Shown: positions 26,057 through 40,192, counted from the first letter of the stretch. The stretch is DNA of 64,000 bases from Tubulanus polymorphus (GCF_964204645.1 NC_134031.1:9424001-9488000); one strand, 5' to 3'. Notes: generated by a model from the letters alone, not told the origin. Made by a program: numbers and translations.

Positions 26057-28650
26057 TTTTTGGCTTGCATTAGCGAGCCTATGTCAAGGGCGGGCTGATC
26101 AATAGTCATCCGTATGCTTAATACACTACGCTCAAAGCTATTTTTAGCACACTCAAAAGCAATTTCAGTAGCCTGTAATTTCACTACTAATGGGCGAATT
26201 GAACGGATTAAGCAAAAATATATTTTGTAATTGGTTTTTCTTTATGGTGCGCAAAGTTGAAAACTGTGGGTTTCATATTTTTTGAGATATTTACCAAAAA
26301 GTTTAAAAAATTTGATTTATTTTAGCTCGTTTTTTATGCAGGATCTTCACCTGTCCAAAATAACATGTGAAAATCCAATGCTATTTGCTTCAGAAGAACT
26401 TTATGTCGCCAAGATCCGACGCTTTGTTCGGCAGTTTCATAGACGGAACCCCTCAAAATCTTGCTTATATAAAATTTGTGTTGACCCAGTTTTGTCTTCC
26501 ATCGTGACGTCATAATATTGCATGAGGTGGATCAGATGGTGCGTGTTATTTCACTAACAAAATGGCGGCACGATTGAATAGGTTGATATTCATCATTTCT
26601 AGTGTGATTACTGATACTTGAGGCGTGCGATGCAACGATTTATTGTGTGCGATGTGTTCAATGATTCATCTTGTTTTGATATCCTGTGCGTAAGGTAATG
26701 TTGCATCAAGATATTTGACGAAAACGTGGTTTCAAAATGCGGAAATTCACTTCTGTGTACGCCACACCGCTGATTTACTGATAGCATCGATTTTTGGCGA
26801 ACTGTAGGTTTGCCTATGCAAACGGTCTGATGAAGCAGTTTTCATCGAAAATGAATAGAGTACCGGTGTGTCAACAAGGCACAAACATTGGCTGTTGAAC
26901 CGATTGTGTTGATTTTTGGTTTCATGGTTTGGCTTAATGAGTTCTCGAGCCCACAAAAATTTCATAGTGATCGAGTTATTTTTAGGGGACTTATTCTTGA
27001 ATAACGCGCAAAAATCCTGCTTTTTAGCACTTAGTAATGGCACGTTTTTGTATATGACAATTTGCATGCTTGAAATTGAAATACATAAAAGTTCAATCCT
27101 TCCTGGAAGTATCGCCGTTTTTAGTTCGACTGATCTCAATGTACTTTTCGACCTGCAGGCCCTCACTTTATAAACCCCCTAAATTTCCTCGCTTCTATTT
27201 ATTTGAGTTGACCTTGTAACCTGAGCTACAATGAATGCGATTGGCTGTTTGTGGGATATGCGGGAAATTCCGGGAATTTCAGTGTCTCTGATGTAATTGG
27301 GAAAGCCTAATGTGAAACCCAAGACAAAATGGCGAACATTTTATTTGATTAGGTCGTACGTTTGCTTATAATTTGTTCGTTGACACGAATATAAGCGAGT
27401 AGGCTATTCAATTCAGTTGCAATTCTGAACTAGCAAGTATGACGATACCAATGACAGGGTTCGTAGTGGGTCTTCCAATCATAGCCGGTATTTTTTTATT
27501 TCTAGAAAAAAAAGTCCGTATATGTTTGTATATTTTTGACATTTTCTGGATGGATGTATTCTGACTTGTGAAATTATGGCCAATCTAATACTGCGTCGCT
27601 AGTACATTTGTATATACCCGCATCAGCAGTCAGCCGCGTGTGTGCGAATTTAGGTTACAGTATATGGCTGTGGGTGTTAGTAATCACCTGAGTGAGTCTA
27701 TATATAGCACAGTGACTCGGCAATGATAGTATACACAGAACTCTTACACATCTGCAGGCGCATATATTGTCAGCCTCATACATCTTCAATCCAAATTAAT
27801 TTATATTTAGTATAATATTTTTGACAATATATGCACTAAATGATTTAATGGTGAGCCACAGGGCCATTGGACCTTTATTTTAGAGATGAGTCTGATATAT
27901 ACATGACTGGAAATACTTGTTTTATCATCATTAATTGAAGTCATTTTATTGATGTTTGCATTAGCGATCTGTTTTGGAGCCTGATTATTTGTATTAGTTT
28001 GTTAACTGTGGCACAGTGATGAGCGTTCGTGTTGAAAACAGTAGTGTACAGTGGCGTAGGCAATATAGCCTTATACTCTCGTGCTCACTGCGTCTATGTA
28101 TCGGTTATAGAGTACACGCGCCACGGTGCAGGTCGCCCGTAACAACGACTCGTCTGAGTGAAGATGTAAGCTACTTAAAGCAATCCTATCGTGAAATTAT
28201 AAAAAACCATGTCAGGCGATAAACTTTGTTTCGTCAGTAACCGGCACTGGCTTCAAATTTGAAGAACTTGGGAGCTTCTGTCCTGATTGGTCCATACCCG
28301 TATATGATAATGAAAAACCTCCAATGAAACCCAGGCTCTCACCAAGTTTGTACCGTATCTTAACAGATGACGGTAGTTGTTTTACGTCATTCAAGGGATG
28401 TATTGAAATTATGAACATTTGTTCAGACAAAAGGCCCATAATCAATTTTTCGAAGAATTCATTCTCGTTAACAGTCATTCTCGTTAACAGTCAGTTATCA
28501 TTAAAAGTTCACACTGACCAAAATTGATTCCTTTTTAAATATTTTTTTCTTGTTTAATTTTCATGAAATGAATTTTTGCATCCCGGTAGCCTACGTGACA
28601 GATTTTTTACACACCAGTTTGGCGAGCCACTGGACCATTGGTCCTTTATT
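26057..28650 (+). mobile_element. HINE family C, copy 2 (with nested material)
   Basis: 5' TTTTTGGCTTGCATTAGCGAGCC; 3' GGCGAGCCAC + hairpin GGACCATTGGTCC + TTTATT; long similarity to 15108-17179. Confidence 0.82.
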
Positions 28651-30859
28651 TCTAGTTTCAATGAATTCAGGGGGCTATGAATTGCAGCATTTCCATATAT
28701 TTTGGAACAGAGGCATAATTTGTAACAACAATTAATTGCTGAATTGTAGATCTATCATGACAAGCTCTATGATTATAGTGAATATCAGGGTTATTGATTT
28801 CTGCATATGTTCACCAGCGGGTGGTGAATATTAAATCTTCAGATGGTCATGCAATTCACCGAGTTGGCATGGTGTCCATGCACCCCTTGTTTATTATTGT
28901 AAAAAAATCAATATTGCATACCATAACATTTTTAGAAGTTTTACTAATCATCTAATATATATTCTGCATGCAAAGCTTTTGAAACCATGTATGTAGTAGC
29001 ATGGCATGTAGTGATTCTGGATATCTACTCAATATCATACCAAAAACTTAAAATCTCATCCATATTCCCTGATTGTGGGACAATTGCCCCCAGACTATTG
29101 CCCACCGAATAAAATCCTATTTAATCTCGATTAATACCACCTAAATAAAGCTTCATGTAACTAACAACAACTTTACTTAGAAATTCATTTGTATTTTATC
29201 AAATAATGATAGATAAACGTGTATAGATAGTAAATATAGATTTATTTATCGGGGGACAATTGTCCTGATAGGATATTCCCTATTGCATGAGGATCTTTAA
29301 GTCAATTGTTGTTCGAAACAAAAAACATATAAGAATTTTTGTAAGTTATTCATTGGTTCCTCCAGCCTCAATGCCTTAATGATTATGGTTAATAGGTTTA
29401 TGGGTAACGGAATTAAGCGTTTTTGTGTTATTCATTTCTGTGCCTTACTTATGAATGGTTTAAGATAACTAGTTGAAATTGGAGGGATGTATTGCCCTAG
29501 GGGCTTTGGGTAACTGAATAGATTCTGGGTACCATAGGCCAAAGGTCAAGGTTCATTTCAAGGGGAAGCCATTTCATATTTTCATGTCCGGGCTCTAACT
29601 CAATTAAATTTCATAGATGGCTTCATCCAGAAATTGTTGGTAATTGCTAAGATTTTGGCTACTGCAGGTGAAAGTTCAAGGTCATAGAAAGTCATTAGTG
29701 TTTTCTCTTTTCCTTGACATTATTCATAAATGGGTCAACATAAGCTCAGGGTTTGCTTAATACATAGTGATTCACGTGTAACCAGATGATTTACGGTCAT
29801 CGTACCCAGGTCAACTCGTACCTGGTCAACTTGTACCCTATCTTTGGCTAATTGTACCCTATGTTTTCTTCACTCGTAACCACTCGATAATGAAATTTTT
29901 TTTCTTTCATTTCACATAATGAGAAGCCTAGAATCGAAAGGAAGAAATTGTAGACAGGTTATGAAGAATGTTGTTTTGTCACAGACATAACAACACGACA
30001 CATGCACATTGGAAAATCGGATGCGTATGTCGTCATGGAATACCTCAGTTGTGGATCAAAAGCCGTTCGAAACTTGAATAAAGATTTCCTTTGGTTTTAC
30101 TTTCTCTTATGCTTGTCGTTTGAACTGACAATAAAGATTTTATCTGGATGAATAAAATATGTTTGGTTGGAACGAAAACCTTTTTGTTCGAAAAAAGTTT
30201 GTTCGAACGATAAAGATGTTCAAACGAAAAAAAAGATCATATCATCCAGGGCTCCGTAGTAACTACTAAAGTCATCAGGAATTAATAAAATAAAAGTTTC
30301 ATTAATGATGAAAAAACTCAAATGAAAACTGGTTTATAAATCTGCCCACTGCTTACAGCTTTTCAAAAAAAATCCTCATTTTAGCCTTTGTAGGCCTATG
30401 TATACGCGTAGGCCTAATAGGATAGTAATAAATATCCCGTGGATCGATTAAGTGTTCTGATGGAGAAAATGGATAATTGTTGAAATTACTGTTCGAAGAC
30501 CGCGGCTGAATGTGAAGTCTTGCAGCAATTAATTTGTTTATTTGTACTTGAATTGATAATCGATGTGACGAGAAGCCTGCAGTGGATTTCGGGAAAAATT
30601 GGTCGCCTCATTCAATGGGGCCCAATTTTCGATGTTTACGCCTAAAACCCAACCAGTACTTTTGTAAAGTCGATTCATCAAAATACGCACAGAGTATTTG
30701 TAGATCAAAGTGAGCTGAAGGATATCATACGGATTGTATCGGCCACAGCAGTAAGGTAACAAAGCCTATGTTCTTTTAGTAAAAATTGTGTGGAATAAAA
30801 TAATAGTAATAAGAAAACAAATATCAATAGGGTTTTCTCTGAAGTAACAGAAAACCCTG

Positions 30860-31136
30860 ATAATAATTGACATTTATATAGCGCAGGTATCCAAACTAGA
30901 GTCTGTTCAAATACTTTCCAAACTTGGTATTATTACCCCAGCCTATAACTCTATTCATGTATCAGTCTCCCTGGGGAGAAGTAACATCCGAGCAGCTAGG
31001 TACCCATTTACCCCTGGGTGGAGAGAGGCGATGCGGATAAGTGTCTCACCCGAGGACACTACAGTGATGTATGGGGTTCAAACCCACGACCTGGCTTCCC
31101 AGAGTCGAATGCTCTAACCACTTGCCCACACCGCCC
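30860..31136 (-). mobile_element. tRNA-derived SINE with CORE-like central domain and L2-like tail
   Basis: Minus strand: GGGCGGTGTGGGCAAGTGGTTAGAGC (A box), GGTTTGAACCC (B box), GTGTCCTCGGGTGAGACACTT...CCACCCAGGGGTAAATGGGTACC, tail GCGCTATATAAATGTCAATTATTAT. Confidence 0.82.
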
Positions 31137-31735
31137 ACTCAATAGTAATAGCGCTGATCTGTCTGTAGGCATTTCAGATATATCCTGTTCTTGGAGCTGA
31201 GATAACTTGGCTGTTTCATTCAAGTCTTGATCTGTTTCTCAAAAGTTTTGCTCTATGCACATTTGCTGCATTTTGTATTAATAAAATGGTGCTTCGTTTT
31301 AGCTGTGTCAAATAAAGTCTAATGGGTCAGTGCTTGTCATAGCATGTTATATAGAGAGGATATAAAAGCATAAAATTAGAAATTGAATGGGCATGCTAAC
31401 TGCTGTAGGCCTCTACGTTGTACAGTCTTTCCTGTGTGATGTAGAAAAATCAAACAAAACATGATAGCATATCCCATTCCTGATCTCTGGCCTACATAGT
31501 GAAGCCTATCCATAAAAGTGGAATTACATGATACAAAATGTATTTTCATATTATATTGGTACCTATGCATATTTTGTATCAATCAATTGCGAAGTTGTAG
31601 CTCAAGACAAGACTAGTGATCGAGGTGAATTTCATGGAAGGGTTGCTGTAGTCAGATTGTCAGGCATTTCACCAAACGGGTATGGTTTTCTTGGACCACT
31701 AGTTTCAAATTTGGATATGATTATAATTTTTACAG

Positions 31736-31878
31736 ACTTTAGATGCTGATTATTCAAAGAATCAAGAAGCCTTGTTAGGAGTGTTATGCCACATGATGTC
31801 TGGAAAGAGTTTTGAACTGATACTTGCGGCTGCTGCTGCTACAGGAAAACTTCAAAGTTTTGCGATTAAACTTATCAA
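31736..31878 (+). CDS. MED24: MED24 internal exon
   Basis: tacag|ACT...AA|gtgagt; TLDADYSKNQEALLGVLCHMMSGKSFELILAAAAATGKLQSFAIKLI is a hallmark MED24 segment. Confidence 0.98.
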
Positions 31879-32419
31879 GTGAGTATAACTTATATTATTA
31901 TCTTGAGTCACTAAGAACCTCTTTTAACACAACACTTGGAATTATCAAAATAATACAAAGCATATTCCATGGATCAATGTGTACTTTGAAACATGGACAT
32001 ATCAGAAGCGATCATAGAGCACCATTGTCTTGTTCTTTCAGTTTCCTTTAGAAAATACTATAGTAGACCCCTCTTAGCTTAGTTTTGAAAATGTGTGCAT
32101 TCAATAGTGTTTCTAAAGAGTGTAGAATTGCCAACTTCTATAAACAAAACGACAAAAGCTAACCGGTGACAATTGTGCACTGTGACAATTCAGACCCAAT
32201 CAGTTAAGGAGGTGTCTCAAATGCCTAACATTGGATTCTAATTTGAGGGAGTGGGGCTGTAATGTATTGTCATGGAGAAATGAATGTTCATTGAGTATTT
32301 TAGTATCTATAGTGTTAGGGTTAACTCTGGATATATAGAAATACAGGCATCGATTTTCAAACAAAGCTGGATGATATTTCGGGTCGCTGCTGCACTGCAA
32401 TCAAAAGTAAATCATGAAA

Positions 32420-33245
32420 TCATGAATTCGTTAGAAACTTTCTTTGGCTCTAATATTTACACACATTTAATGCAGTGATAAAATCTAGGTTCTTTTCGTA
32501 TATTGGCTATATCGGTGGTCGTTTTCATTGTTTTATGATTTTGTTTCGTCGTTTTTGTTATTTCAGCAGCGCATACCAACCTTGGTTGAGCGTGCGTGAT
32601 CAGTCTTGAAATTGGTATTCATGCGCGGCATAGTGCTGCCGACAATTCAATTCATTCTTTATTGACAACTAAAATTTCACAAAACATTTACTTTCACGTT
32701 TTTAAATAATTCTTTTAATTATCTTATACTTTCATTGGGCGCTTGCTTTAGCGGCCGTTTGAAGAATCTCTGTATGAACATTTATATTTTCCAGTATAAA
32801 TATCTAAAACTTAAAAACCGCTTTTCTGTAAAATAGATTATGAATTGAATTGAAGACTGGTTCCCTGTCCCCAAAAAGCCAGGGGGCAGTAGTCTATGGT
32901 GGCAATAAACTTTATCGGATGATCATAGTGGATTGTCATTTGAAGGAAATGCAACTTATTCTTGCTTAATGTCTTTATTATTTTAAAAAGAAAAATCGTG
33001 GTTCCTATATATTTTCATGTTCGCTTCTCTTCCACTTGGTCCACATCTACAATAAAACCATTCCGATTCCCAGTCCCCGTGTGTAACATTTTATGTAACG
33101 ATGTAAGACAACATCGATCTCTTAGCTCTTTAAAGAGTAATCAGTTCAAAGTTGGATTAATTCTACTACAGAAATACAAAACCAACAAGCCAGCTTTCAG
33201 TACAACCATGTCAGCAAGCCCATTTTTAGAATTTCTTTCTTTTTT
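32420..33245 (+). mobile_element. HINE family B, 3' part
   Basis: Near-identical to 46145-46757 plus 48137-48341; ends GCAAGCCCATTTTTAGAATTTCTTTC. Confidence 0.78.
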
Positions 33246-33960
33246 TTATTCGTCCCCCATGGGCCGCCCCTGGGGGTGAAGTTTCTATTTGTTCAAATCA
33301 CTACTAGTCCTACAGTTTTAATCCGATCAATTCCAAATTTGGTATGAATGTTCTATAGACCAAGGCCTATAAAGTTAACGAGCCATCTTTTTATTCGTCC
33401 ACCAGGGGCGCCACTGGCGATGGAGTTTCCATTCATTCAAATTGCTATTAGTCCTACAGTTCAGGTCCAAATTTGATATGAATGTTCTATGGACCAATAC
33501 CTACAAAGTACAGAGCCCTTTTTGGATTTGGCCACAAGGGGGCCCTAGGTATGCAGCTTCTATTTCATCAAATCTAGGCTTCTTGTCTCACTTTCATTTC
33601 GGGGTGTGTGCCAGAAATCGTTTGATTGATGAGTGTTTTCTACTGTTCATTAACTGTATCAACTTGAGAAAATCTTCATAATTCCAAATCAACTCTGTTG
33701 CAAACTATGACATAGAAAATAACAAACTTTTATTGTCAAATGTGTTTCAAGTATTGATACTGTCTGATTCAGCATAATACGTAGGAAAAGACAAATCAAT
33801 CTATCTTATTTGTCACACTGTTTGTGTTTGTTGAAAATTGCAGTCTAGCAGATATTGTATCTTTGCAATTGGTATAATTTTATAGAAATGCTAGATGAAG
33901 CTTCTGTTTCGTCGTAGTGCTCCAGGGCAGTTGTTAAAGCGAACAAATCTGCATAATTAA

Positions 33961-35200
33961 AGGGGTCACGAAGAGGTGTGAAAAAAATTTTAAATCTAAT
34001 TTTTTTTGTATAAAACATTCACCGTATGCATCTATGGTAGTCTCGTGAAAAAATGTTTTTAATATCTTTATCCAAACTCGAGAAAAGCCCGTAGCAACGG
34101 CCCTAGCAACAGGATGCTCGCGTTTGCGCGGTGATGTTGATGACGTCATTCTGAGAACACATCGCCTGCAGCACCCTCAGAAGCGTTATAATACAATGCT
34201 CATTTTCATTGAATATCGCGCTAATTTTACAGTCTTTCAAAATGCCTTGGCTGTGAATAGCTATGAACTGTTCCCACAAAGGCAGCGACAAATTTTAGTG
34301 GCCAAAACCAAAAGATTTGGCCCTAAGATGATGGACCATAAGAGCGAAAACACCCGGCCTACTTCAGAGAACGATTCTCGCAAATATTACGGCACACATA
34401 AACTTGGATACACAAAACTTATGTTTTTATTATGTTAGAGCCTTTTATCCTGCCAAGTGACGCTACTTTCGCGAATTAAATACGTAGTAAGAGATACACG
34501 CTTTCCACTGCATATAGTAGGCCTACTGGCTTTCCCCAGTGACCCACATCGCTGTAGTATATACAAACAACATACGGACTGTATGTATGCAGCACACATT
34601 ACTATTACATGGCCGGGATGGCGCAGGCTCGTCTGGGATTCACGAACAAGTTTACGGTTTCAGGACGCTTTATGGTCCAGAACTGGATAAAAATATCTCT
34701 ACCCACAGAAATATCTGCGATGTCTATATCAGTCATCCCCTCCGCGTGGTTTTTACTGAGGGAATGACTTAATGACGATGAATGCTCGCTGCTCCAGACG
34801 TAGAAATATGCTGTACTCTTTAGTCACAAATTCCTTCGTTCTAAGGCATCAGGTCTAAATTAAATGGAATAATTTTGACTGTCTATTAATAACAACTGTT
34901 GGCTTCGTAAACATCAAGCGTTTGATTGGAATCTGATGTATTTGAGTCACTATTTTGCACTTTAATCGCTGTAAGTATCACCCATTCTATACACTTACAC
35001 CATGTTGTTTTGGTTTGGGTTCTCAGAATGACGTCACACTTCCGGATTGGGAAGGAATCAGGGCGGCCGATCAAAGGTCTGATTTTAACACTAATTGAAG
35101 AATTAGAAATTAATTTCTTGACCACCAAATCAATAAATAGGGTATAATTGATGATAAAAAATACTTTTAGCCATATCTCAAAAACCTCTTCATGACCCCT
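33961..35200. mobile_element. Non-autonomous Kolobok-type element, copy 1
   Basis: TTAA each side; purine-starting TIR AGGGGTCA(C/T)GAAGAGG; near-identical copy at 62002-63252. Confidence 0.85.
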
Positions 35201-35521
35201 TTAAAAGAGAAGTAATATGTTTTCGATTTTGTGAAAACTGGACCTCGAGAGCTCAGGATCTTTGATCTCTAGTACTGTTCTCATTACCAGGCATTGGATA
35301 TTGAAAAGTATTAAAGCTTTCACTAATGATTTTGGTGAGTTTCAAGGTCAGCCATTGGTTTCTGTGTATGTTCACCAGGGGCTTATTGAATTCTAAAATT
35401 GTCAGATTGTGGAGCATTTCAGACCACTTTTAAAGTTGCCCTTCGTGGTCCTGAACCCCCAGTTTGTCTTTAAATAATTTTATAAGATAATATATCTATG
35501 ATATTGTATTTTTCTTCACAG

Positions 35522-35654
35522 ATTTAATGAATTTGCAAAACATGCTACTGCTGAAGCTGGTAAAGCAGCTCAAACCCGAGCAATGTTGTTTGATATCTCT
35601 TTTTTGATGCTCTGTCATATCACTCAACTTTATGGCACTGAAGTTCGTATGGAT
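35522..35654 (+). CDS. MED24: MED24 internal exon (ends 35642 or 35654; two in-frame donors)
   Basis: cacag|A; FNEFAKHATAEAGKAAQTRAMLFDISFLMLCHITQLYGTE matches VRALLFDISFLMLCHVAQTYGSE; donors GAA|gttcgt and GAT|gtaagt. Confidence 0.95.
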
Positions 35655-37353
35655 GTAAGTACTCAATGATATACATAATTGCGATTCTCTAGTTTTGCTA
35701 CAAGTTGGGCTGCCAACCTTCCGTTTACGATGTAATCACGTATTACAGTGCCACCCACGAGATTACGTTCAGTAGGCCGGTCACCCGAGTGGAAACGATG
35801 AATATTAGAAAGACAATATCTTCTGAAAGAATTTCGGCTTGTTTGTTTTTCGGGGATCGCAATGATCGCAATTCAGTTCAGTCATTGAAGCAATAAAGTT
35901 TGAATTGGATTCAATCCCTTTGTCACCGGCGACACCTTTCATTGTTAAGATTGAAGACAGGTTTGCAGCCATACATAAGGAAAGTTCGTTTTCATCAAAC
36001 AAAATTCATTTTCCCAGTATTCTGTTATCTTTCATGGTTGATTCATGCCATAACATTTCTATTTCTGGATATGCAAATGTGTCCGTTAGAAGATCAGAAT
36101 GCCTAAGCAAGAAAGAAAGTTGAATATATTGTTAGAAATATAGTACATACAGTATTTACTTAGTCATCCGTCTGTCTCTCTGCCCTAGCACCTAAACATT
36201 TTCCTGAAATGAGACAAATACGTTGATGTAGGTGTGTTAAGTAAATAAACTTGCTGAGGCCAGATATTCATGTTTCATATACAGTCATGTCTCCGCGAAG
36301 CTCCCCTTTTAAGTTTAGGTTTGGGTATAAGTAAGAAAGTTTTAAGGCGATTTGAGAGAGAATCTGGCATGATCGTCGTGGGAATAAAAATATCGCGCCC
36401 CGGTCTCCTTACGTGCAGAAAGTATTAACATTTTTGGGGATTTAAATAACAAAAAATGTACCAGAATGCCTATTGAAATTAATAATGTTTCTCGACAACA
36501 TAATTTGCCTTTTACAGAATCCACTTTTCAATGTACTGCACGTGGAACAGGCCGTAGGCTATTTATTCATACATGGGCTCAATCCGGAGACTTGGCTGAT
36601 TTACGAATAAAGAAAAAACAAAACACAAATTTTTAAAGCATACTCTCGGTTTTTCTTATCTTATATAATTCAACAGTGTGGGTGTGCCCTCGACATCCTT
36701 TGATCGTATCCTCTTGCTATAATATTTAGAACTGGGTGATGACATGCTTCAATTGTATTATGTCGTCGATCTAAGCATTCACTCGCAACACAAGGTGTAC
36801 CGCTTACCGCGCCTGCAGTAGAACTATAATAAACTTCAATTATGTTATTGTAGAGAACATGGTTGCATTTTAACGATGCTTACAACATCATAACAAATAG
36901 AAATAATTTTTTCAAACAAGAGTTCATTGGGAATTTTTTTTTCAAATTGGGAAAAAATTAATTAGCTTTGGATTGGGAATATGTCCGGTACTGGACATAA
37001 AATACGGCCCAGCGTGATGTCTGCAATGACATTAAATCCTGAAAGACCTACTACTAGCATTAATTGTAGGCCAAGGCTACTACGGCAACTTGATAAATTG
37101 TTTCTGTCTCTCTCAATTCATCGTTTTCCCAATTTCTTGTCCCAATTTCATTTGCCTAATAAAAACATTACTCAAGTTTATGTCAGAGTATAGTTGAGTT
37201 CCTTTTTGTCATGGAAATTTCAGAATTTTTACATTGAATGTCCTTGAAAGGTCCTGGAATTTTACTTCTAACTGAGTGTATGAACCCTCTCAGCTGCTGC
37301 ATGTTTAATGTCTTTACTTTGTTAGTGTCTGATATAGACTCTTTTTATTGTAG

Positions 37354-37523
37354 ATAATTTCCCAGCAGAAGGAAACAGCTGATTCCTTTTTTGCACAGTG
37401 GGCTCAGTGTTGTTTACCAGAGGATGGCAAATTCAAATCACCTGATCTTTATCCAATCCCAGAATCAAACAAAGTTGATGCATTACTTTCGCAATTCAAT
37501 GTTGGTGGTGAATTAAAGACTGT
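37354..37523 (+). CDS. MED24: MED24 internal exon
   Basis: tgtag|ATA...GT|gtaagt; SFFAQWAQCCLPEDGKFKSPD...ESNKVDALL matches PFFETWMQTCMPEEGKILNPD...DSTKVESLV. Confidence 0.96.
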
Positions 37524-38305
37524 GTAAGTAGCATATTATTAATTCCTTGATTGACAGTATGTTGATTCAATCTTTTTACCTCAATATCTTTTAGAACCAC
37601 AGCAAATAACTCTAAGAAATGTGTGTAGGTTTTTGTTAATACTACGTTTTAGTAATATATTGAATGCAAAATTTGACTAATTATGTTAATTACCTAATAG
37701 GCATAAATTATCGTAAAAAATGTGCAGATGTTGTTCCCATTCTACCGGCATAAGTTTTTGGTTGATTTTCTTGTGACTTTGTATGTTTGTTTAAGGTGTG
37801 AGCAGGATGAGTCCCATTGTTTCTGACATATATAGGTCATCCAAGATGACCGCCACCGTCATTTCGGCTAAAATAGCCCTTTTGGTGCTTTTTCCCACTC
37901 TACAGTCGACAATTTTGGATCAATTTTTGCACCGCTGTGGCCGAAGGTCAGAAGAGCTGATGAGTTAGAGTGATTATCCGTTGTCGTCTGTCCGTCCGTC
38001 GTAGCGCCTGTCCGTCCGTCAACATTTGTTTCAATTTGCTACTAGTGCTACAGTTTTTTACCAATCTTGACCAAAGTTGGTTTGAAGCTAATATGGGCCA
38101 AGGAAGAATTTCACTCTGTGTTAAGGAATTTGACTCTAGAGTTAAATTTAACACACAACTGTGTAACTGGATTTTACTCTGAGACACTTTTAATTCTGAG
38201 TTGGGGAATTTAACTCTTGAGTTAAAAGTTAATCAAGAAGAGACGAGAAGATACACAATATCCATGTAAGATGATAACGAGAGAAATCCCACAATAAATT
38301 CAGCC

Positions 38306-38452
38306 AAAACGAGAAACTTGAATAGAAGAGTACATATATTTGCGCAACATTTCGGCTAAAGACTATTAGTCAGGCGAACTGATGATGTCTAATGGTCTTT
38401 AACCGAAACGATGCGCAAATATTTATACTCTTCTATTCAAGTTTCTCGTTTT
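38306..38452. mobile_element. Inverted repeat with hammerhead-ribozyme-like core (Penelope-like pLTR/retrozyme remnant)
   Basis: ~64-bp inverted arms; CTGATGA at 38379-38385, degenerate stem II, GAAAC at 38405-38409. Confidence 0.55.
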
Positions 38453-39650
38453 TATTCAAGAGTCTTTCTTTTCTACAAAATCAAAGATTTATGAACGCAC
38501 CAGAATGTTTTATAATCGCAAATGTGAAACGAAAATCTTAAAATTCTAAGAATTCAAGGACTGGCACTATATTTTAGTATTTAATCCATGGTGATGTTAT
38601 ATGAACCAATAGTTTTCCATTTTGTTGAGCGTAATATAATTTAGGGGATTCAAATCAAAAACTTTGATTTTCTTTTCACAGAACTGTATTCAAAGCATAC
38701 AGAGTTCTGTATACAAAGCACATAGGGTTTAACGGTACCTTTGAACCTGTCACGTATCACTGCAAATCTTTAACAGATGCTGCTATTTTGAACAGGAAAT
38801 TACCAGCCCGTCTCAAAATGGTCACTTTTTAATCGTTGACTTTTAGAAACGATGTGCTATGGTAGGAGTAACTATCACAAAGTCACTGTTAACAGGCGGG
38901 TGGTTTTACAGTCACCTCTACTGCTAGTGTGCACTATCGAATCTAGATGTTTCAAAATGGTCACTTTTCAATAGTAGACTCTTCGAAACAGCCACTATAG
39001 AAAACCAACCGAATTGAAAGGAATACTATTTCAGAGTGACTGTTTTGAAATGTATACTACTAGAAAAGTAGCTGATATCGTTAATTGCTTATTGTTCTCA
39101 AGTGGCTACTAAGTAAAAGTAGACGTTTGGGCTCAAAAGTGCGATAGACCATGTTCTTGGATTCAGCCTTTCATGTGACTTTTTTTTGTTCCCAAAAAGG
39201 TCATTTTTGCCCTGAATTCCTGAAGACGTGTAGCTTCCTAATGGTTTGCCATTTTTCATTAAAATTTGTGATGGATATATTTTGAGAAGGGCTCTCAAAT
39301 GGCACTTGCCTGTCTGGGGTTTAGTGTCATGATCGGGTGTTTTCAGAAACAAATCCAAATGGTTTGTCGTATGAACGTGGGCTTCGTTTGTCCAAACAAA
39401 TAGGCTATGTTTGTACTAAATCGAAAATAAACAAATAAACAATAAACAATTTTGTAATCTTTAATTGCTGCAAAGGTGCAGAATGACTGAACGATGACCA
39501 TGAACACTTATTCTAGGGAATTAACTCTAAAAGTGTAAAACTCTAAAAAAAACCAAGAGTGCACTGAAAGGTCATGATTTATTATATTATTCCAATGCAA
39601 GCTTTTGAGTCCTATACGTACATTTGAAGCCTTTTTGTTTTTGTGTGTAG

Positions 39651-39750
39651 GTTAGCACGGTGGCATGAGGTTTGCCAGAATGCGCCATTTGCAGTTCAGG
39701 AGATATTGTATGCATGGGAATGTGGAGCAGTCACAAGTGAATCAGTTAAA
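39651..39750 (+). CDS. MED24: MED24 internal exon
   Basis: tgtag|G...AAA|gtatga; LARWHEVCQNAPFAVQEILYAWECGAVTSESVK matches MKWHEACLSISAAILEILNAWENGVLAFESIQ. Confidence 0.96.
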
Positions 39751-40016
39751 GTATGATTTTTTTACACTTTTCTTCGACTTGTACTCTTGGTGTTCAATCA
39801 TTATTAGCACTGTCATAGGAAATTATTGGAAAGACCACATGCTATACAATTGTGCCTAGTCTGCAATGCTACGTCCGTCAGTAATTTCAATACATTCCAG
39901 TCACAATCCTGCTACAATCATGATAACAACATGGAAAAACTGATTTCTTAATATAATTTATACCAGAACACACTTTAATTAATTGAAATATGGTTTATTT
40001 ATGTCATTATTTCTAG

Positions 40017-40192
40017 ACTATGTTAGACAATGTGAAGTCAAAGATGTGTTGTTTACCAGTCGTTGTGTCTGCTTGGCTTGGTAGTTACATAAATATTGTT
40101 GGTGAAGAGGCACGTCAAAAACCATTACTCATGTTACAACAACTTCTAACACCAGTAAATCCTGATCCTTCAAATCAATTCTATATTGAAAG
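40017..40192 (+). CDS. MED24: MED24 internal exon
   Basis: tctag|ACT...AG|gtaagg; LDNVKSKMCCLPVVVSAWL...NQFYIER matches TDNIKGKVCSLAVCAVAWL...LQFYNER. Confidence 0.96.

Noticed and set aside
3984-26850. Other CTGATGA hammerhead candidates (near 3984, 4633, 7043, 15840, 26827)
   Set aside because: No paired stem II followed by GAAA in the correct register.
26747-27173. 139-aa minus-strand ORF and overlapping 85-aa plus-strand ORF
   Set aside because: Inside a repeat, with no recognisable motif or splice support.
33934-35147. Short ORFs conserved with 61988-62823 suggesting a gene pair
   Set aside because: Conservation reflects two copies of one non-autonomous element; indels shift frames between copies and no domain is recognisable.
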